A model generated the notes under the pieces. It searched no databases. It worked only from the letters and a program-made list of their open reading frames with translations, and was not told the DNA's origin. From the NCBI GenBank assembly GCA_977017645.1, contig OZ360230.1:73842001-73906000 (forward strand): a DNA stretch of 64,000 nucleotides, in the 5' to 3' direction. How positions within the stretch are numbered: the stretch's first letter is position 1; every line of letters starts with the position of its first letter. This DNA is from Torpedo marmorata. Lineage: Eukaryota. Of the stretch, positions 1-12,200 are shown one piece after another. The position numbers were made by a program, and so were the translations under genes.

Positions 1-125
1 ATGCAGGGTCTCGACCCGAAATGTCCACTACCCTTTTGCCCCGAAAAATGCTGCCTGATCTGCTAATTTTCTCCAATAGTTTGTTGTTTGCTCCAGATCA
101 GAGCAACTGCAATCTCTTCTTTCTT
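1..125 (+). mobile_element. Penelope-type 3' terminus fragment (runs off the window start)
   Basis: agggtctcgacccgaaatgtc...gctgcctgatctgctaattttctcca matches the tail of the GIY-YIG-bearing copies elsewhere in the window. Confidence 0.6.
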
Positions 126-947
126 TGCATCCTTCTGTTCCTTGCCTGTTCGCGTCTGGCGAAATAACATTGTGATGATGTCTGATTCCACTATCTCAGC
201 TGTCAATGTATTCCGGATATAAACCAATTTCTGTGGGATAAAAAAAAAACTTTCCCCTTCGATAACTTTGAAACTCCCTTCTATCCTCTTAAACTTGTTT
301 TTGATACCCCTACCATGGGAGAAAAAGATTTTGACTGTCCATTCTGTGCATACCCTTATAATTTATATATCTCTATCAGGTCACCCCTCAATCCTTCATT
401 CTGGGAAAACAAGCCCAGCCTATTCAATCACTCCCGATTATGAATACCTTGTAATCCTGGCAATGTCCTGGTGAATCTCCTCTGCACTCACTCCAGTGCA
501 ACCACATTCTTCCTGTAGTCTGGTGATCGGAACTGCACGCAATACTCCCAAGTGCTGTCTAACCAGTGTTTTGTGAAGTTGCAGCATACCCTCTCAACTT
601 TTAGATTCAATGCCCGGAACTATAAAGTTGTATGATCAGCCATGATCATATTGAATGGTGATGAAGGCTTGAAGGGCCAAATAGTCTACTCCTGCACCTG
701 TTTTCTATGATTTCTGTGATTCTACAAAGTCAAGAATACTATAAGCCGCCTTCACCATCCTGTCTACCTGTATTCCTACGTTCAGTGAACTATAGACTTG
801 AATCCCTGTTCATCAATGACCCTTAGTGCCCTGCCCTTTGCTGTAAAGGTCCCACCCCACTTGACTTCCCAAAATGCATCATGTCATAATTGTTGGGATT
901 AAATTTCATCTGCCAATGCTCTGCCCAAATTTCCATTAGGTCTATAT

Positions 948-1980
948 CCTCAAGATTGAGGATTCCTTTATTATCATGTAATAAAACAGGTGTAATATTA
1001 CTCAAAATTTGATTTAGTCTGCAGTAAGGCACACAGATTTGCCATCAGCAGAAATTGCCGGGCACCTCTTACAGTCAGAGAAAGAGAAGCAATGGAGAGA
1101 CCCCCCCCCCAGTCAATGAATGTCCATGGATTCGCCTCCAGCGCTCCCGCAGCCACGCAGACCAGTCCAAACCCGGCTCCAGATCCAAACCTCCGACTTG
1201 GTCAGAAAGCCTTCAGCGCCCTCGGCACCCTCTCGCATCCCGGTTCCAATACCTGGTACCTCCTTCAGCCAGTCTCGAGCCAGAGATGTGAGTCCAACAG
1301 CACAAATAGCCTGAATACGACTGGGATTGTCTGATCTCAGAAGCTAAGCAGGCACAGGACTGGTCAGTACTTGGAGGGGAGACTGCCAAGGAACACCAGG
1401 TGCTGTAGGTTTCTGTGAGGGGCGCTGGACAAAGTAGCAACCCTCTGTCTGCCTTACGGTAGACAAAAATTAAAGAATTTCATGTATGTTACATTCCAAA
1501 ATGTAGTATTACATGACAATAATGGAACCTTTACCTTTACCTTTGACTGCAGTCACCAGCAGCCCGCAGCCTGCATGGGTTCCTCGCCTCAAGTCATCAA
1601 CAGCCCGCCGCTTGTGTATTTTCAGCCGCAGAGCCCCTCACTGGTCCACCGCCATGGTCACTGTCTCGTAGGGTCGTCTCCTCTGCTTCTTCTTAAACAG
1701 GGGTGTGTTCTCCCGTTTTCTGGTGCCCTGCACCAGTCCTCTGCTTCCCCTGAGTCTGCAACCCCTCGAGGCCGCTGCCAACGCAGGTGGCGCCATCTTG
1801 GGTCCAGACCCCGTGGTTGCAGGATTTTAAAATAAACCACTGTCGGCTCCTTTAACAGGCCGTTTAAAGCCTGTACAAAGCCTTCGGTAGTTGGACTAGG
1901 TGATAGAACCCAGCGGAGGAGCGCTGTGTCTCCACTCTCCACAGGTCTGCAGCAGTGCTGCTGATATAGCAGCGCCATCA
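948..1980 (-). mobile_element. GC-rich non-autonomous retroelement, copy B (interrupted by 5S-SINE at 1292-1544)
   Basis: Reverse complement matches 15518-16327 and 59691-60368 (ggagccgacagtggtttat, caagatggcgcc, tail catgataataaaggaatcctcaatcttg). Confidence 0.75.
1292..1544 (+). mobile_element. 5S rRNA-derived SINE (SINE3-like) with Rex1/Babar-type 3' tail
   Basis: 1292-1412 resembles vertebrate 5S rRNA (gtctgatctcagaagctaagcagg...ctggtcagtacttgga.gggagactgcc..ggaacaccaggtgctgtaggttt), followed by a tail ending catgacaataatggaa(ccttta)n. Confidence 0.8.
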
Positions 1981-2127
1981 TTTTTTTTGCTGCTGTCGAC
2001 TTCGACAACTCCTGGCTACTCTCAACACAACCAAATTTCATGTCATCTACAAACTTTGCAATTATACCTGGTATATTCACATTCAAATTGTTTATGTATA
2101 TTTCAAACAGCAAGGGCCCTAATACCT

Positions 2128-3268
2128 CAGAATTTATTGTCATGAACATGTCACAAAAGTTGTTGCTTTGCGGCAGCATAGCAGGTGCAAAATTGCTATA
2201 ACTTACATTTAAAAAAATAAATAAATTAGTGCAAAAGAAGTGAAAAAGTGAGGTAGTGTCTGTGGTTCAAAAATCTGACGGCAGAGGGGAAGAAGCTGTT
2301 TTTGTACCGTTGGGTGTTCGTCTTCATGCTCCTGCACCTCCTTCCTGATGGAAGCAGTGAGAAGAGGGCATAGTCTGGGTGGAGAGGATCCTTGATGATG
2401 GAGGCTGCTTTCTTGAGACACTGCCTCTTGTAGATGTCCCTAATGGAGTAGAGACTAATGCCCTAGATGTTGCTGGCTGAGTTCACAATTCTCTGTAGTC
2501 TTTTCCTGTCCTGTGCATTGGCACCTCCGTACCAGACTGATGCATCCAGTCAGAATGCTCTCCATGGTGCACCTGTAGAAATTTGCAAGAGTCTATGGTG
2601 ACATACCAAATCTCCTCAAACTCCTCACAAAGTATTGCCATTGGCAAGCCTTCGTGATTGCATCAACATGGATGCCATGGGATAGATCTTCAGAGATGTT
2701 GACACCCAGGAATTTGAAGTTCTTTACTCTCCACTGCTGCCTGGTTTGTGTTCTCCTGATTTCCCCCTCCTGAAGTCCACAATCAGTTTCTTAGTTTTGC
2801 TAACGTTGAGTGCAAGGTTGTAACACCACTCAACCAGCTGATCTATCTTACTCCTGTAAGCTTCCTCGTTGCCGTCTGTGATTCTGGCGATGACTGTGGT
2901 GTCATCAACAAATTAGTAGATGGGATTTGAATTGTGCCTAGCCGCACAGTCATTGCCGTAGAGAGAATAGAACAGTAGGCTAAGCACACATCCTTTAGGT
3001 GTGCTTGTGTTTATTGTCAGTGAGGAGGAGACGTTGTTTCCTATTTGTACTGACTGTGGTCTTCCAATGAGGAAGTCAAGGATCCAGTTGCAGAGGGAGG
3101 TGCAGAGGCCCAGGTTTTGAAGCTTGCTGGCCAGTTCTGAGGGTATGATATTGTTAAAGCTGAGCTGTAGTCAATGAAAAGCAGCCTGATGTACATGTTG
3201 CTGTTGTCTAGGTTATCCAGGGCTGAGTGGAGAGCCAGTGAGATTGCATCTGCTGTGAAGCGATTGTG
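2128..3268 (-). mobile_element. 5'-truncated Rex1/Babar LINE
   Basis: [36 protein letters not shown] peptide; 3' tail catgacaataaattctga. Confidence 0.85.
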
Positions 3269-3329
3269 ACTATCCCTGATCTGCCTCTGTTTTTCCAAAT
3301 GTATATACTCTTCCCTCACAATTTTCTTT

Positions 3330-3625
3330 GGGAGTAAACCCCAAGGAAAAATCCGGAGTTGAAGTCCCGAAGGCGGCTGACTTTTGTGCCCAGCACCGGC
3401 ACGACAACTCCTGCGATGCTGCTGGCATCAAAATGTATCGACTTTCAACATTCCTTTGGACGTCATTAGCATGGAGAGGGGGGTCCCACTGCAAGGGCAA
3501 CAGACGGATCTCCATATCAATTCTGCCCTGGCTTGCGCCCTGGAGAAGCCACTCCAGCTACCAGAGGCGCAGTACCCATGGTCGACCACGACTGACGGAC
3601 GCCACAAGATGTAAGGCTCACAGGC
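3330..3625 (+). mobile_element. Unclassified ~300-bp insertion (possibly RTE-related, non-autonomous) within the CR1
   Basis: GC-rich block that interrupts colinear CR1 RT coding sequence; the family assignment is from recollection only. Confidence 0.4.
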
Positions 3626-5149
3626 CTGCAGGTAACTGGCTTATCCTTACTGCCCTTCTTGAATAAAGGAGCAATATAGCTGTCCCAGTCTTTTGGTACC
3701 TCCTCTGTGGCTATCAAAGATACAAAAATCTCCCTCAGGGCCCCAGCTTGCAATCCAGAGCAACCTGAGATAGATCTCATTCGGCCCTGGGAATTAATCA
3801 ATCCTTGCACGTATAAAATGTACGGTAATACAACAATAGATTTGTGTTGTCTTTATTCTCCGTACCAAGCATAGAATAGTTTTTGACAATATATCAATAT
3901 GGGATCAGTTTTTTAGTCCCAAATGCTCATCAGCCATAAAGTTATTACACAATTCTTGGCCTCTCCAGTGGCAGGAAGATCCTATACCCAAAGAGCCTTT
4001 GAGGTGGTTGCACCAAGTTATAGTGTGTGCCTCTACACATTATCCTGCAGCTCGAGTATGCCTGTCTGCAGCATTCATTTGGAATACCAGCAAGTTTTGG
4101 GCAGATTAAAGTTTTTGCCTTCCTGTGATTTCATCACTCATTTGGTGTTTGTGGTGACATCTGGAACCCAGCAGCTGATAGCAGAGCTGTCATTCGCCAG
4201 AATGAAGTTGAAGATTGAGAATTTTAAAAATACTGAAACGGTCTGTATTTTCCAAAGAGGTATTCAGTAGGTTGTCTTTTAATTCTAACTTGTTACTACG
4301 GATGGTTAAAGAACTGATTCTTACAATCTGGTGATATAAAAATGCATTTGGAGGCAGATGGCCTTAGAATGGTACTATTTCTGCTGAGTATTATGATCTT
4401 GTACGCCATCAAGTTTTCAGAGGTCAGCTTTGTAACCCAATATTTTTAATCTACCATTCTGCGGTCAACTTCTAGCCTTGTAATTAAAAATGTGAACAGT
4501 TGCCAACCTATGCAATAAATGCTCGAACCTCAGGTTCAGAACTGAGTCTTTGACAGTTTAGGCTGCCAAAGTTTACCTTTCTTTTGACTGTGCAGGTGGG
4601 GTAGATGTCATCATTCAATCTTAGTAGTATTCAGTGACTTGTTGGAAAGTGTTCTCCTGTTCTCACCAGGAAGATCTCAGGATTGACCTTGGTTGCAAAT
4701 TGCTTTGGAATCATAAAGACTTGACACCTTCCTTTGTCTGGGTTGAAGTTGAAATGTTAGCAGCTGAGGGTTTAGGTGAAATGTACGGTTGTACCCTTGC
4801 AAGAACAGCAGATGACTTCAGGAGGGGAGAAAGATGGAAACAATGCAAAAGTTTTTTTCCTAGAGAAGCAAGTACAGGTTAAATCTCTTTTTCTGAGGCA
4901 TGAAAAAAACTTGCAGTGTTTATATCGTATTAAATAAATGGCAAGACGGTTAACATGATTTGCATTCTGTTTATAAGCTAAATAGTTCATTCGTTACCTT
5001 TTCTTTGAGATGCCATGAATTGTTTTTATCATAATTTAATGTAAATTAATCGCAAAATTGGTGGAAATGTCAACAGAAAATAGCTCCTTCATCTTATGCA
5101 GGTGAGATTTTTGAAGAATGCAGAATTTTCTGTCCTTTAGATTTAATTA

Positions 5150-5796
5150 CAGGTAGTCCCCGACTTGCGACCTATGCGACTTACGTCCATCCGCACATAC
5201 GACCGAAAATTAAAAAAATATATAAAGAAAAAATATTTGACAAACTATAACAGGGATACAGGGCATGTAAGAGCCAAAATGTGCGTACTTACCTTGTTAG
5301 TCGGCGTCCCGAAGTCCGTAGGCTGGGCGCGGCCATCTTGATTCCTGTGCGCATGCGCGAGTGTTTGGTTGGCGCATGCGCGGTGGGTTCGCGTATTAGA
5401 GTTCGGTTGGCGCATGCGCAAGAGTTAAGGGCGCAAATTCAATATCGTTAGGGTGCATGCGCCAACCGAACTCCAATACGCCAACCCACCGCGCATGCGC
5501 CAACCGAAGACTCGCACATGCACATAGGAATCAAGATGGCCGCACCCAGCCTACGGATCCCAGGATGCCGACTAACAAGGTAAGCATGGACCAGAATGTG
5601 GAAAGATTCGCCAAGGTTGATCGACAAATTCAGGAAGCTTTAAGTTGTTATCGTCAAATCTACGATGAAAAAAAGATTTGATTTAAAAAGTTTGCTTTAA
5701 GACTCCACGCGTGTGGGCAAAATTTCGACTTACGTCCATTTTGAGATACGACCGATCCTTCGATCCCAATTACGGTCGTAAGTCGGGGAGTACCTG
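5150..5796 (+). mobile_element. Non-autonomous Tigger/pogo DNA transposon with internal ~300-bp palindrome
   Basis: TA|CAGGTAGTCCCCGACTTGCGACC ... GGTCGTAAGTCGGGGAGTACCTG|TA (TIRs and TA TSD); Tigger-transposase C-terminal remnant MDQNVERFAKVDRQIQEALSCYRQIYDEKK at 5586-5681. Confidence 0.88.
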
Positions 5797-6144
5797 TAAT
5801 TAATACCAGTTTCCCTAAGCATAAAAAAGACAGTCCTGTGAAATTACATGATAAACATCTGTGCTGCTCCTGGCGTTCAATCAGCATCAGAAACAGCACT
5901 CACTGAATGTTTGAAGAGTACATTCTTTTTTCCTTGGACATAGACAGTCGAAATTTTACTTTCAAATCAAAATGGGCAATTTTTTGTTTACATAACAGTT
6001 TTTAATGCAATATGAGGTCAAATAGGATGTTTAAAGTAGATGATATATTTTGCAAATATTTCACTTTACAATATTTGAGGATAATTTCAGGCATTTAATT
6101 TGGTGGTTTTCTGCAATGTCTAACTTGATTACTTTGTTTTACAG

Positions 6145-6200
6145 CTGATGAAGAATTTGATGAACTATGTTTTGAATTTGGTCTGGAATTGGATGAAGTG
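6145..6200 (+). CDS. FARSB: FARSB exon 2 (56 nt)
   Basis: ttttacag|CT GAT GAA...GAA GTG|gtacag; [18 protein letters not shown]. Confidence 0.95.
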
Positions 6201-9200
6201 GTACAGTATTAAACTGCAGCTTCTAAATTTTATATATACGCACACATATATGCATACATACACATATGTATATAGTGAATGTGAAATCTAGCTGTTGAAA
6301 TTTGTTTAGTCAGGAAACTGAGGTATGTCGGTAAAAAGAAAAACATGGAGGCCTTCTGCTGCCAAGTTTCTTTCCTCAAGATGTTCACTGCTGATTGTAT
6401 AGGGTTTGGTGGTTGCATCTACCCTGCATGGCCTTCTCTAATGATCATTCTTTGCATTTTAATAATTTCCATGATGTATGATGAACTTAACCTAATGTAC
6501 AAATGTACATTTTTTAACCACAGTTCATGGATGGCGGGGGGTAAGTTGGCACCAATGATGTGGCCTGCCTCTCCCCCAATTATCTTGTGCATGTTAAGTA
6601 CAAATGTTGGCAAATATGTGATCAAAAATGGGCAAATTTAAATTGATGTGATTTCCCCACTTGGATGGAGAGGAGGGAAGTAAATTGGGGCTTATTTCGC
6701 TGTATTTAATAGCAGCTCAGAGCTGCTGAAGCCTAGATTGGCATTTACGCTGCACATGGCTGAAATCGAAAGTATGGGATCAAAGCTTAGTTTGTGGTCT
6801 GTATTATATTTCATTTGCATTCGTTTTTTTTTTTACCCCCTTCGTCTAATGGGAGGGCTACATTATGGGATATCTTTTATAATCCAAATGTAACATTGCA
6901 CAACTGTTAAAACATTGATGTAACTGAATATCCTTATTTGCAGACATCTGAAAGGGAAATTCTAAATAGAGAGCAAGGTGATGGAAAAGCAGACAGTGCA
7001 TCAGAGGTAGTACTATATAAAATTGATGTACCTGCGAATCGCTATGACCTCTTGTGCTTGGAAGGATTGACCCGGGGATTGCAGGTCTTCAAGAACAGGT
7101 AATATTTCTAATTTTTCTTACTCTGTATTGAATTAATTGCCTTAATTCTATTTGGTTTGTTATGAAACCATTAATGCTCCAAAATATCCAGTGCTTCAGC
7201 AGTACAGTGGTGGTTATAGTCTTATTTTCATGTTTCAAAACAGAATTGTAGCTCCGAGGTACACAAGAGTGGGACCACTAAAGGGAGACATGCAGAAATT
7301 AGTAATCACCAAAGAGGTAAGAAAAACTGAAGTGCAAGATGCATAATCATGAACAGCCTCATGTGTTTCTTTATCGGTTGTGTCACAACTACAGGTACTT
7401 CCAACAATCCAGTGAAATATCTGTTTATATATTTAAAATTACATTTGCTCAAGGTGACATGTGTCAATCATGCATTGTGTGTCTGTTCATGGAGTTTGTG
7501 TCCAGTAAAACAGATGTATGGGTAAAGTTCCTGAGACTTCACCCAGCACTATTTTTACACAATAGTTTGACATCCGTGCTTCTATGAACTGCAGAATTCC
7601 AAAGATTCACATGTCATAACTTGCTACAAAACCAAATCCGGTGCAGTAGCAGATGACAAAGCTTCACTCCCAGAGGAACTCAATGCCTTCTACGCCTGAT
7701 TTGACGACAGTAATAGCGAAGAACCACCCCTCTGCACCCCCACGTCCCCTGATGATCCATCCTGCCTGTATCTGAGGATAATGTGCGTGCTGCCTTCAAG
7801 AGAGTGAATCCAAGGAAAGCATCCAGTCCGGACAGAGTACCTAGCCGAGTATTAAAAATCTGTGCTGACCAACTTACCAACGTATTCAAGGATATCTTCA
7901 ACATCTCACTCCGGCAGGGCTTGGTACCCACTTGTTTCAAACAGGCATCAATCATACCGGTGCCCAAGAAGAGCGTAGTAACCTGCCTTAATGACTATCG
8001 ACTAGTAGCACTTACATCAACAATGATGAAGTGTTTTGAAAGGCTGGGTGTTGAAGCATATCAGCTCCTGTCTGAGCAGCAACATGGATCCGATCCAGTT
8101 CGCCTATCGTAGTAACAGATCTATGGCAGATGCCATATCACTGGCTCTACACAAAGCCCTGGAACATCTGGACAGCGAAGATGCATTCATCAGGATGCTC
8201 TTTATCGACTACAGTTCGGCATTTAAAATGTCATCCCCTCAAAAGTGATCAGCAAATTCCAAGACCTGGGGCTCAACACCCCACTGTGTAATTAGATCAT
8301 GGATTTCCTCACCTCCAGACCACAGTGAGGATTTATAAGAACATCTCCATCAGTACCGGAGCACCACAGGGCTGCGTTCATAGCCCACTGCTCTTTAGTA
8401 CAGTTTTTGCACTACTGATAAGCAGAAATTCTGCCTGACCTGCAGGAAAAAACTCGCAGGGTTGTATATGATGTCATGTAGGTACTCTGAGAATAAATTT
8501 GAACTTTGAAGTTTAAAAAAAAAATCTTGCCATCTCAATCCCAATGGGATGACTCCTCATTTTGAGACTATATCCTGTTCTTGGCACTTCAGCCAGGTAA
8601 GGAGCATCAGCCTCATTAACGTCTTCCAGAATCGCTTGTTTTAATAGGATCAGCTCTCATTCTCTTAACCTTTAGAAACCAAGGCCTCGTACAACTTAAT
8701 CTCTCCTTATAGGACAACCCTATCCAGAGAACATTTCCATATTGCCTAAAAACTAGGTGTTTGTTCTCCAAAGCTGTTTTAGTTCTGAAGACCAAAAATG
8801 CATGCTGTTTCAGATGTGGTCTTAGTAAAGCTCTATAATTGCACTAAGACTTTATCTGATGTCCTTGGAATAAAAATCAGCATACTACTTCTTAGTGTCT
8901 TGCTTTACTGTGGTATTAAATTTGTTTGTGTATAAAGGCAATTCATGCCTTGAGATTGCTAAAAGTTTTATCCATCAACTGACTTTATGATTTCTACCTG
9001 GGTAGAGTTCCAAGGCTCTGATTATTCACTAATCATACATTCACTATCTGACACTGGACAGTATCAGAAATGGAAATCATGATGGGCCAAGAGCATTAAA
9101 GAATTTTCAAAAACAGCAAACAAGGAAATAGAAATTGTAACCTTCAGATGAAATTTTAAGCATTGGGTCTATCAAATGGCTGATTTCCTTTGATTAAAAT

Positions 9201-12200
9201 GGAGAAGGATGCAGTGTAAGAAGCACTGACAACAATGCTGGATTGTTGCATTAAATTACCAACACAAATTATGAAGTTGTTATTCATTTTAATGAAATGA
9301 TAGCAATCTCTAATATAACTGCAAAGTCTGAACCATTCTAACATACTACACTGATGTTCCATATTCTGATTATTACTATGTGTAACATCCAGTTTTGTGA
9401 AGATTTTCTTCCTTTTGTAGACAGTGCAGGTTCGTCCACATGCTGTAGCAGCTGTTCTTCGCAATATAATGTTTACCAAGGATTGTTACGATAGTTTCAT
9501 TGAGTTGCAAGAAAAACTACATCAGAACATCTGCAGGTGAGATCTTGGTCTTTGTCTCAGAATCAGAATTTATTGTCATGAACGTGTCACGAAATTTGTT
9601 GTCTTGCAGCAGCGTTACAATGCAAATATTGCTATAAATTACATTTCAAAAATAAATAAACAGTGCAAGAAAATAGGAGAAAGTGAGGTGGTGTCTGTGG
9701 TTCATTGTCTTTTCAAAAATCTGATGGCAGAAGGGAAGAAGCTGTCCTTGTGCTGCTGGGTGCTTGTCTTTGTCAGTCTAAAGGTAAAGTAAAAACTAAA
9801 TTTTATTGTTTAGTTTTGAGATATGCCTGATGTATTTCAGACATCAAAGTTCCTGGAAATACAAAAAAAATAGAAAATGCTAGATATGCTCAACAGATGG
9901 AGAAACAGTTAATATTTCAAGTTGATAGAATTCCTTATGTTTTGTTCTCCACAGATATGCTAAGTAATTTTAGTAAATCATCTCAACTTCCTCCACGTGA
10001 CCCCTTTATTCTCTTGTTGCTCTCTCTCTTGGTCTGGCACCTGCCAATCATCTGCCCCTGTCCAGTAACCTTCACTGCTCCATGGCTCACCAATCTCCTA
10101 CTAGCAATTCTACCAACACAGTTCTCATTACACTGGCTATATCTCCTCTGTACTTTCAGTCTGGATGAAGGGTTCTGACCCAAAATGTCAACAATTTTAT
10201 TTCTTCTATATATGCTGCTTGACTCGCTGTTCGTCCAGAAGGTTGTTTTCTAATTTCAGCTTTTTTTTAATATATGCACGATTGACTATCTGCTGTACTT
10301 TCCTGCTTTTATGTTGTGTTTTGCAGTGTTCTAATTCTAATACTGAATGGTTAGGTCCGAAATAAATTTTGAGAATAATTTGCAAATACATATTTCTCCA
10401 GGAAGCGAGCTCTTGTTGCCATTGGAACCCATGATCTGGATACAATATCAGGACCCTTCAGTTATACAGCACAACCACCCTCTGAAATTAAGTTCAAACC
10501 TTTAAACCAGTCAAAGGAATACACTGCACCTGAACTTATGGATCTTTATAGGGTAAGAAACACATGCAACACTACAATCACAGCATTTGCAGTATTGCAT
10601 TACAATCACAGTGTCTACAATATTGCACTGCAACTATTATGTTTTATTTACATGTTATGAATTCTGTGAGAATATGGTCAAATTTTAACATCCATGATCT
10701 CAACTCCATCTTCTTTTGCTGAGGCTCTGGCAGTATTTTCTCTGGTAAAGACTGATATAAAGGGTGATATCCTCTGGATCTTGACCCATGCTCGTATATT
10801 TGATATATAAAGATCATAGTGCCTCATCTGTCTCCATGAATGTTTCTTTTTACATAGAACATGGAACAGTACAGCACAGGAACAGTCCATCAGCCCAAGA
10901 AGTCTGCATGGAACATGATGCTCAAATTAATCTAAATCTCCACTTCTTGTGCATGATATGTATTCCTCTATCCCTTTTTTTCATGTTATATGTTAATGAC
11001 TTGGATGACATATTGTGTTGGAATACAATTCTACTGGTGCTAGCGGGTCACACCTTGAAACCTGGTTTTGAGTTGATGGAGCCACAAGAAAGTGCAGATG
11101 CTGGAATCTTGAGCAAGAAGAACAAAGACTCAATGGAGGGTGCCAACCCGAAAAGTTCACTGTCCATGTCTCATAATGGATGTAGCTTGTGTCCCGCTGA
11201 GTCCTTCCAGCTTCTCTGTTTGCCTTGAGTTGGTATTTGTTTTGAATCCAAGTCATTTAGTGTGCTGATAATATCATACTGAAATGAAGAGTGTGAAGAC
11301 AGAACTTTGTTTGCACAGAGACAGTGCTGTGGTCGCCCTTACTAATACTATTAGACGCATTGATGTGGACGAGGGTAAATAGATTGTTTCCTCCTGTTGG
11401 TATGTGCGACTTGCCACAGACCTCATCCAGCCGTTCTTCTTTAGGCCAGAAGTAGTGATAGTGAACCATAGTGAGTTATGACGACATACAATGAAGTTCT
11501 CTAGCCAAGGACATTCTGTGGACTTGGTACTTCTTCCACATGGTCAAAATAGAGAACTACTGATCCCTGAACTATATAAGATGGTAATCAGAATAAGGTT
11601 TTGGGCCCACCTTTGATCTGATGACATGAAACTTTGAGGACATCCAAGATGAAGCGGTATGTTGTCTATCACCATTGACAAGACAAATGCATCAGGAGTG
11701 TTGCAGCTGTCTAGTTTTCTATCACTGAAGATGACTGCAAGAATGTTACTTGACTCCACTTTATGCACAAGCACTGGATATTAGTGAAATTACCTTGTTG
11801 AGTTAGGTGGGTTGTTCTTTTGTAGTGATCCATTCCTGCGCCTAAGTTGAAGATGTTGGTCCATCCAGTTTTAATTCTTCAGGTGCTTTTTGCAGTAGTT
11901 TGATAAAGCTGATTGGCTTTCTAGATTATTTGAGAAGGCACTGAAGAGTCAACCACAATACTGTGGGCCAGAAGTGGCACTGAGAGCAAAAGATAGCACA
12001 TTTTCTTCACTGTAGGACATTGTAAATCTGATTGCTATTTCAGAATTAACATCAAATGTAATCATCTCATAGGAAATGGGATTCATAAGACTTCATAGGA
12101 AAGGGCTTTGAGGAATGTGCTATATTCATCAGTACAGAAGGGTTGTGTCCCTAAAAAGCCATTGTTAGCGTGGTTTTCTGTAACAAACCCCCTTTTCGCA

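Larger units (their letters stand above)
290..3810 (-). mobile_element. Degraded CR1-clade LINE broken by several younger insertions
   Basis: Minus-strand RT peptides in order: EEVPKDW..APLFKKGSKDKPVTCRPVSLTS (3517-3810), IHLEKQRQIRDSH (~3270-3320), VLGPLLFEIYINNL..AKFVDDMKFG (~2000-2125), WAEHWQMKFN..MMHFGKS (~860-947). Confidence 0.75.

Noticed and set aside
1292-1412. Functional 5S rRNA gene
   Set aside because: Diverged in the 5' third, single copy, fused to a LINE-type tail and nested in another repeat
5067-5107. ATG...CAG|GTGAGA as a candidate exon 1
   Set aside because: Peptide MSTENSSFILC is unrelated to FARSB, and phase 2 gives an immediate stop in exon 2
5565-5586. ATG CCG ACT (MPT), resembling the FARSB N-terminus, as the true exon 1
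   Set aside because: It continues NKVS rather than VSVKRDLLF, lies inside a Tigger element, and its donor phase (0) does not fit exon 2 (phase 1)
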